DNA of 63,077 bases. It comes from Gammaproteobacteria bacterium. Its GTDB lineage: Bacteria > Pseudomonadota > Gammaproteobacteria > Pseudomonadales > Cellvibrionaceae. The notes under the pieces are model-generated. The model was given only the letters and a program-made list of their open reading frames with translations, was not told the DNA's origin and made no database searches. The DNA is taken from NCBI GenBank assembly GCA_022600975.1, contig JAHZJJ010000168.1, positions 1-63,077 on the forward strand. The letters run 5' to 3'. Each line of letters begins with the position of its first letter. Position 1 is the first letter of the stretch. The position numbers and the translations under genes were made by a program. Of this stretch, positions 56,591 to 63,077 are shown piece after piece.

Positions 56591-58039
56591 CTACAGTGTG
56601 GAACTTGCGTCATCGCTTTCAATTTGGGCCTCTTGGTCGCTTGTTAACGTATCGTTATCGGTGTTATTTGCTGCGAGGCGCTGCGCTTCAATACGATTGC
56701 TCCAGGTGAGTAGTGCGTGATAGTGGCGGATATTTTGCACATAGATTACCGGCTCCCAGCCGCGGGCATAGCCGTGTTTAAGTTGACGATAATATTTTCG
56801 TTTGGCCAGCAGAGGCAGATGATCGCGCACGTCCGCCCAGCGATCTGGATTGGCGCCCATTTTCCCAGTAAGTATACGTGCATCTTGGAGGTGGCCGTAG
56901 CCCACATTGTAGGCCGCCAGAGCCATGAAGGAGCGATCGGGCTCACGAATGCGCGAGGATAATTTATCTCGCACTTGAGCAAAATAGCGTGCACCGCCAT
57001 CGATACTTTCCTCGGGGTCCAAGCGGTTGACGCCCAGTTCCCGTGCGGTGGGGAGGGTTAGCATCATCAGCCCTCGCACCCCAGTGGGCGATTTTGCCCG
57101 TGGGTTCCAGTGCGATTCCTGGTAGCTGAGGGCGGCCAATAACTGCCAGTCAATGGCGTATTTATTTCCCGCTTGTTTTAGTTGGTCGCGCCACTTTGGC
57201 AATCGTGTGCGGCTCAGCTTAGCAAAGGTTTGTGCACCGCCGGAGTTCATGTCGCTGGCGTGTCCCAAGTGTAGTTCGTGTAGTTCGGCTACCAGCTGGT
57301 TGGTATTGGCGCGCAACATAAAATTGCGGGCGGCGCGGTAGAGGCTGTTGTCTTCGTTTTTGGCGAAGGCCCAGGCGAGGGGCTGGGGGCCACTGAGATC
57401 AAAGGCAATATGGGTGTTGGGGTAGAGGCCGCGATATAAATCGTAACTGTGGGAGTCAACGATGGCGTAGTGGTATATTCCCTGCTGAACCAGCTCCAGT
57501 AATTCCATCGTGTCGATATTGGAGAGCTCATCCCAGCTCAGCCAGGGATGGCGCTGCGCCAATTGGCTGAGGTTTTCTGCGTGGGCACTGCCGGCGATCA
57601 CGGCTAAGGTTTTACTGCGCAGATCAGTTATCTCACGAGGCCGGGGTTCCCCCAAACGGTAAATAACTTGTTGGCGGATTTCGAGATAGGCGGGGGAGAA
57701 GCGCACCTGATCGCGCCGTTGTGGTGTTACGGTTAGGCCTGCAGCTGCCAGATGGGCGCTTGGGAGTGTGTTGAAGAGCTGGTCGAGGTCGTGAAGATCT
57801 CGAATTTCAAGGGTTACCCTCAGCTCGTCGGCAAAGGCGTGCAGTAGGCTGTATTCAAAGCCGGTATAGGTGCCGTCTGGGGCTTCATAATAGGTTGTGG
57901 GGCCATTTTGTGATAGCACCACTAGCTTGCCTGCTGTTTTGATGCGCTCGAGACTGCTGGGCGTTTTGCTGGACACCAAAAAAAGTGCGCAACTGATTAG
58001 GGCAGCCTGGAGAAGATAACGCAATAATTTGTTGCACAT
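56591..58039 (-). CDS. mltF: Membrane-bound lytic murein transglycosylase F
   Basis: SBP_bac_3 N-terminal domain plus SLT domain (YQESHW, GVRGLMMLT, AAYNVGYGH, GYARG); divergent from purL. Confidence 0.96.
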   Translation of the reverse strand: MCNKLLRYLLQAALISCALFLVSSKTPSSLERIKTAGKLVVLSQNGPTTYYEAPDGTYTGFEYSLLHAFADELRVTLEIRDLHDLDQLFNTLPSAHLAAAGLTVTPQRRDQVRFSPAYLEIRQQVIYRLGEPRPREITDLRSKTLAVIAGSAHAENLSQLAQRHPWLSWDELSNIDTMELLELVQQGIYHYAIVDSHSYDLYRGLYPNTHIAFDLSGPQPLAWAFAKNEDNSLYRAARNFMLRANTNQLVAELHELHLGHASDMNSGGAQTFAKLSRTRLPKWRDQLKQAGNKYAIDWQLLAALSYQESHWNPRAKSPTGVRGLMMLTLPTARELGVNRLDPEESIDGGARYFAQVRDKLSSRIREPDRSFMALAAYNVGYGHLQDARILTGKMGANPDRWADVRDHLPLLAKRKYYRQLKHGYARGWEPVIYVQNIRHYHALLTWSNRIEAQRLAANNTDNDTLTSDQEAQIESDDASSTL

Positions 58040-58405
58040 ACTTATTGGAACTCTCCATACCGTTTCTCGTGCTTGGCGTTTTCAATGTGGATGGCAATCG
58101 TTATTCTACCGCTTACTTGAGGTTGCAAACTGTCCTTTTATGGGTGGCTTCAAAGGTGGTGGTGGATTAATTTTAACCTATTTGGCAGTTGTTTGCTGCT
58201 AGGCTTTGGTCGAGGCGTTATGGGAGGGCTGCTTCGGCGTTTGGCAAGATTAAGCAACAGGAGTGTCAATTGGGGTTTTATTGCGCTCTGGTAAATGGTG
58301 TTGCCCAAGCGATGCTTCGGGTACAATTGCGTTCACGCCAGCTCCCGGCACTTCTGCCGATGCGTTTCACTCAGATCATATTCATACAAGAGGCAGATTT
58401 CCGCG

Positions 58406-61400
58406 ATGCTAGTTCTGCGTGGTGCTCCCGCACTGTCGAAATTTCGTCACCAAAAACTTCTCAAGCAACTGCGTGCACAGCAACCTGCCATCGGCGAGGT
58501 TTATGCCGAGTTTGTGCATTTTGTCGATGGCCCCAGGCCCAGCAAAGCTGAGCGGGCAGTACTTGAACGCTTGTTGCAGTACGGCCCGATGGAGCAGGTG
58601 GGCAAGCCCGAGGGCGAACTGTTGCTGGTGGTGCCGCGCCCCGGCACTATTTCCCCCTGGTCGTCGAAAGCTACCGATATTGCCCATAATGCCGGGCTTA
58701 AAAAAATTCGGCGCTTAGAGCGTGGTATTGCCTACTATCTTGTCGATTCACAATTGAGCCCGAGTGAACGGGCCGGGCTGTTGCCGTTGTTGCACGACCG
58801 TATGGTGGAAGCGGTACTGTCTCGTTTTGACCAAGCAGAGCAGTTGTTTCAGCTGGAGCAGCCGCGCACACTGACTGTCATTGATGTGCTTGGCGGCGGC
58901 CGCAATGCGCTGGTTGCTGCGAATCAAAACCTCGGCCTGGCGCTGGTGGAAGATGAGATTGACTACTTGCTGAAAAGCTTTGGCACGCTGCAACGCAACC
59001 CCACTGATGTGGAGTTGATGATGTTTGCTCAAGCCAACTCAGAGCATTGTCGCCATAAGATTTTCAATGCCAGCTGGACCTTAGATGGCATCGAACAGAA
59101 TTACTCGCTGTTTGGGATGATCAAAAACACCTACGAAATGGGCGGCGAGGAAGTGCTTTCGGCTTATTCCGATAATGCTGCAGTGGTGGTTGGCAACGAG
59201 GCTGGGCGCTTTTATCCCGATCCGCAAAGTGGCGAATATAGCTACCATTCGCAGCCGATTCATATGTTGATGAAGGTAGAGACCCATAATCACCCCACTG
59301 CCATTGCACCTTATTCTGGTGCTGGTACTGGCGCCGGCGGTGAAATTCGAGATGAGGGGGCGGTTGGCCGCGGTTCTAAACCCAAGGCGGGCCTGACCGG
59401 TTTTACTGTGTCCAATCTGCAGATTCCACAATTCAGGCAACCCTGGGAAGTGGATTACGGCAAGCCTGAACGCATTGCCACCGCGCTCGATATTATGATT
59501 GAAGGCCCGCTCGGTGGAGCCGCATTTAACAACGAATTCGGCCGCCCGAATATCTGCGGTTATTTTCGCACCTTTGAGCAGGATTTCGGCGGAGAGCGCC
59601 GTGGTTACCACAAGCCGATCATGCTTGCCGGTGGCTATGGCAATATCCGTGAGGATCATGTCGATAAACCGGTATTTGCGCCCGGAGCCAAATTGATCGT
59701 GCTTGGCGGCCCAGCGATGTTGATTGGCCTCGGCGGCGGAGCGGCCTCTAGCTTGTCTAGCGGCAGTAGTTCAGAGGATTTGGATTTTGCCTCGGTACAG
59801 CGTCAGAACCCGGAAATTGAGCGCCGCTGTCAGGAAGTGATTGATCAATGCTGGCAACTGGAAGATAAAAACCCCATCGCTTTTATACATGATGTGGGTG
59901 CCGGCGGCCTATCTAATGCTTTTCCGGAGTTGGTAAAGGACGGCGGTACTGGTGGCGATTTCGAGCTCAGAAATGTGCCCTGTGACGAGCCGGGTATGAG
60001 TCCGTTGGAAATTTGGTGTAACGAATCTCAAGAGCGTTATGTGCTGGCGGTAAAACCTGAGGACCTGGAGTGTTTTAAAGCCATTTGTAGCCGTGAGCGC
60101 TGCCCCTTTGCGGTGGTTGGTGAAGCCATCGACGACAAACAGTTGATCCTCAATGACCGACAATTACAGGCGCAACCGGTGGATCTACCGATGTCGGTGT
60201 TGTTTGGCAAGCCGCCGCGTATGCACCGGGTGGCAAATAAGCAGGTAGTGCAGACCAAAGCCTTTTCCACCGAAGATATCGATCTCAATGAAGCTGTAGA
60301 GCGCGTGCTGCGGTTGCCGACGGTAGCCAGCAAAAAATTTCTGATCACCATTGGTGATCGCACAGTTACCGGCATGGTTGCCCGCGATCAAATGGTGGGT
60401 CCCTGGCAGGTGCCGGTAGCGGACTGTGCGGTGACCACGGTGAGCTACGACAGCTACGCTGGCGAAGCCATGGCGATAGGTGAGCGCACACCGTTGGCGC
60501 TGCTGAATGCGCCGGCCTCTGGGCGTATGGCCGTTGGTGAAGCAATTACCAATATTGCTTGTACACCGATCCGCCAACTTGCGGATATTAAACTTTCTGC
60601 CAACTGGATGTGTGCTGCGGGCCACCCAGGGGAGGAAGAGAAGCTGTTTCGCACCGTTGAAGCCATTGGCATTGAATTGTGCCCGGCGCTGGGTATTACC
60701 ATACCCGTCGGTAAGGATTCCATGTCGATGCGCACCGCCTGGCAAGATAAGGGTACAGACAAAGCCGTAACTGCGCCGCTGTCGCTGGTTATTTCGGCAT
60801 TTGCCCCGGTAACCGATGTGCGCAAAACGGTTACTCCACAATTGCGCAAGGCGACAAAAGGCGAGAGCGCATTATTGCTGGTGGATTTAGGTAATGGTAA
60901 AAACCGCCTTGGCGGTTCCTGCCTGGCGCAAGTGTACAGTCAGCTCGGTAGCGAGCCGGCGGATCTCGATCAAGCCGAACAATTGAAAGGCTTTTTTGAA
61001 GTGGTGCAGCAGGCGCTGCAGGCAGATCAAATTATCGCCTATCACGATCGCTCCGATGGTGGTTTGTTTGTCAGTTTAGCGGAGATGATTTTTGCCGGGC
61101 GTGTCGGCGTTGATGTGGATATTTTTGAACTGGGTGAAGACCCCATTGCCACATTGTTCAGTGAAGAGCTGGGTGCGGTATTGCAGGTTCCTGCTGCCGA
61201 TGCGGAACAATTGGTGCAGCGCTTTGCTGTAGCGGGTGTAGCCGCTCATCAGATCGGGGCTCTAAATAGCAACGAACATTTGAGTATCAGCTGTAATGGC
61301 GAAGTCATTTTTAGTCGTTCGCGCTCGGAACTGGAGCAGCTTTGGTCGGAGACTAGCTATCGTATTCAAGCCCTACGGGATAATGCCGACTGCGCCGAGC

Positions 61401-62275
61401 AGGAGTTTTCCGCTATCGCAAAGCAAGACTCTGGGCTTTTTGTCAAGCTTAGCTATGATCTGAATGAAAACATTAGTGCGCCTTATATTAAAACCGGCGT
61501 GCGCCCCAAGGTAGCCGTGTTGCGGGAGCAGGGCGTTAACAGCCATGTGGAAATGGCGGCGGCTTTTGATCGCGCTGGCTTTAATGCTATCGACGTACAT
61601 ATGAGCGATATTCTCAGTGGCAGAAGCAACCTCGACGTATTTAAGGGCTTGGTGGGCTGTGGTGGTTTTTCCTATGGTGATGTGCTCGGGGCCGGTGAGG
61701 GTTGGGCTAAAACCATTTTGTTTAACCCGCGGGCAAGAGAGGAATTCGAAAGCTTTTTTAACCGCGGAGACACCTTTTCTTTGGGGGTGTGTAATGGCTG
61801 CCAGATGTTTTCGGTCATTAAAGAGCTCATTCCAGGTGCAGCACACTGGCCACGTTTTGTACGCAATTTGTCTGAGCAATACGAAGCACGGTTTGCACTG
61901 GTGGGTATTGAGGATTCCCCCTCGATTATGCTGCAAGGGATGGCGGGCTCCATTATGCCGGTAGCGGTGGCGCACGCTGAAGGGCAGGTAGAATTTGCGG
62001 GCCAAGGGGCACTTAAAGCCTGTGAACAATCCAGTACCATCGCCATGCGTTATTTGAATAACCAAGGCGAGATCAGTCAAACCTATCCAGCCAATCCCAA
62101 TGGTTCGGTAAACGGTATTACCTCACTGTGTTCTGAGGATGGCCGCACCACTATCATGATGCCTCATCCAGAACGGGTGGCCCGAGCGGTGAACAATTCT
62201 TGGCATCCGGATGAGTGGCAGGAAGACTCGCCATGGATGCGCATGTTCCGCAATGCGCGGCTTTTTATTGATTGA
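58406..62275 (+). CDS. purL: Phosphoribosylformylglycinamidine synthase (large PurL)
   Basis: [31 protein letters not shown] and MMPHPER. Confidence 0.99.
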   Translation: MLVLRGAPALSKFRHQKLLKQLRAQQPAIGEVYAEFVHFVDGPRPSKAERAVLERLLQYGPMEQVGKPEGELLLVVPRPGTISPWSSKATDIAHNAGLKKIRRLERGIAYYLVDSQLSPSERAGLLPLLHDRMVEAVLSRFDQAEQLFQLEQPRTLTVIDVLGGGRNALVAANQNLGLALVEDEIDYLLKSFGTLQRNPTDVELMMFAQANSEHCRHKIFNASWTLDGIEQNYSLFGMIKNTYEMGGEEVLSAYSDNAAVVVGNEAGRFYPDPQSGEYSYHSQPIHMLMKVETHNHPTAIAPYSGAGTGAGGEIRDEGAVGRGSKPKAGLTGFTVSNLQIPQFRQPWEVDYGKPERIATALDIMIEGPLGGAAFNNEFGRPNICGYFRTFEQDFGGERRGYHKPIMLAGGYGNIREDHVDKPVFAPGAKLIVLGGPAMLIGLGGGAASSLSSGSSSEDLDFASVQRQNPEIERRCQEVIDQCWQLEDKNPIAFIHDVGAGGLSNAFPELVKDGGTGGDFELRNVPCDEPGMSPLEIWCNESQERYVLAVKPEDLECFKAICSRERCPFAVVGEAIDDKQLILNDRQLQAQPVDLPMSVLFGKPPRMHRVANKQVVQTKAFSTEDIDLNEAVERVLRLPTVASKKFLITIGDRTVTGMVARDQMVGPWQVPVADCAVTTVSYDSYAGEAMAIGERTPLALLNAPASGRMAVGEAITNIACTPIRQLADIKLSANWMCAAGHPGEEEKLFRTVEAIGIELCPALGITIPVGKDSMSMRTAWQDKGTDKAVTAPLSLVISAFAPVTDVRKTVTPQLRKATKGESALLLVDLGNGKNRLGGSCLAQVYSQLGSEPADLDQAEQLKGFFEVVQQALQADQIIAYHDRSDGGLFVSLAEMIFAGRVGVDVDIFELGEDPIATLFSEELGAVLQVPAADAEQLVQRFAVAGVAAHQIGALNSNEHLSISCNGEVIFSRSRSELEQLWSETSYRIQALRDNADCAEQEFSAIAKQDSGLFVKLSYDLNENISAPYIKTGVRPKVAVLREQGVNSHVEMAAAFDRAGFNAIDVHMSDILSGRSNLDVFKGLVGCGGFSYGDVLGAGEGWAKTILFNPRAREEFESFFNRGDTFSLGVCNGCQMFSVIKELIPGAAHWPRFVRNLSEQYEARFALVGIEDSPSIMLQGMAGSIMPVAVAHAEGQVEFAGQGALKACEQSSTIAMRYLNNQGEISQTYPANPNGSVNGITSLCSEDGRTTIMMPHPERVARAVNNSWHPDEWQEDSPWMRMFRNARLFID

Positions 62276-62308
62276 GCTTAAAGGGCCGATTGGCTGGATT
62301 TTTTTAAG

Positions 62309-62364
62309 CTTACTCGATGTGGCTGGCAAGTTTTAACGGCTTGTTGGCACATCGTAAGTATTTT
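62309..62364 (+). terminator. Candidate purL terminator (G-U-rich stem)
   Basis: CGATGTG..CACATCG outer stem, G-U-containing inner stem, followed by TATTTT. Confidence 0.45.
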
Positions 62365-62479
62365 CCCCTGAGATAATAAAGTATTCATGCAGATTCTATA
62401 AAGTGCGTTTTATTATTGTGAGAGCACACCTTTCATCGTTGACAAAAATATGCAGAAACTTTAACGGGCAAAGGCTGAT

Positions 62480-62524
62480 GCACTGACATCCCCCCGTTGA
62501 CTATGCAGGGGTGTCAGTGCTTTT
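62480..62524. terminator. 13-bp hairpin terminator between purL and the 84-aa ORF
   Basis: GCACTGACATCCC..GGGGTGTCAGTGC-TTTT. Confidence 0.6.
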
Positions 62525-62565
62525 ACTGCTTAGAGGCAAGTATGGCTAGTCTTGCACTCTGGTCT

Positions 62566-62820
62566 TCAGTGTAGCGGATCTGAATCATCGTTCGGAGGTT
62601 TAGGGGGCTGGCTATCTTCTGGGGCTTGGGCATTTTGCTGGTCTTCGGATAGCTGAGCTTCTTTTGCCGTGGGCAAAGCCTGATCAACGATAGTTAGTTC
62701 GCCACCATCGCGGGCCACTATATATAGCTTTACGATGTCATCCCCCATCCATACCGGCGTGACGGTGAAAATTTTACCCAGGTGAACAGATTGCAACAAT
62801 TTACAGTCTACTTCTAACAT
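62566..62820 (-). CDS. Hypothetical 84-aa protein with acidic, proline-rich tail
   Basis: Strong RBS AAGGAG 7 nt before the ATG and a hairpin downstream of the stop; no recognisable family. Confidence 0.65.
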   Translation of the reverse strand: MLEVDCKLLQSVHLGKIFTVTPVWMGDDIVKLYIVARDGGELTIVDQALPTAKEAQLSEDQQNAQAPEDSQPPKPPNDDSDPLH

Positions 62821-63077
62821 TTTTATACTCCTTAAAAAAAGCCTGTGACGCGAAATTTCAAAACGCGTGCACGCTTACAATACACGCTCGCCACAGGCGT
62901 AATCCATCTAGATTCAATGTAAGGTTTTTTTACTGAATGTTTGAACAGTGGGGACGGGCGGGCCGCGGCTGAAGTAGAGAACCACACCAATTTTCACGGC
63001 ACACCACAACGCACTCCGGCACCAAAGGTGAGAGCGGGTGAAATTGCTCAGCGCTACAAACAACTTTATTGAAGGCG

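Noticed and set aside
62918-62935. GacA/UvrY box (TGTAAG-N6-CTTACA)
   Set aside because: Only the left half-site matches at the correct spacing.

Overview
The window is mostly core chromosome of a marine-type gammaproteobacterium; gene order resembles Pseudomonadales/Cellvibrionales (inference from synteny). Blocks in order: acetoacetyl-CoA synthetase and uvrY-uvrC-pgsA (-); an AT-rich islet with a TAXI-type TRAP transporter and an orphan manC (-); dnaE-accA-tilS-pyrG-kdsA-eno-ftsB-ispD-ispF-truD-pcm-DUF368-nlpD-rpoS (+); glyA-nrdR-ribD-ribC-ribB-ribH-nusB-thiL-pgpA-protease-ribA (-); a mixed block (DPP-IV, L,D-transpeptidase, MBL hydrolase, thioesterase, YgjP-like, DUF2750, mnmH/selU, CBS protein, MvaT-like protein, coq7); aroQ-accB-accC-prmA-DUF3426-dusB-fis-purH-purD (-); mltF and purL (divergent); and a small orphan ORF at the right edge. 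I saw no tRNA, rRNA, CRISPR array, integrase, transposase or defence genes, and no clear novel multi-gene system. The best-supported unannotated signal is a MITE-like dispersed repeat in two copies (15576-15708 and 45961-46132; 119/133 identical by hand alignment). Other candidates are a GGA-hairpin-rich rpoS leader, a divergent MvaT-family protein, structured intergenic regions at 29.1-29.4 kb and 62.8-63.1 kb, and the TAXI-TRAP/manC islet. All calls come from reading the sequence and recalled family motifs; no searches were run.
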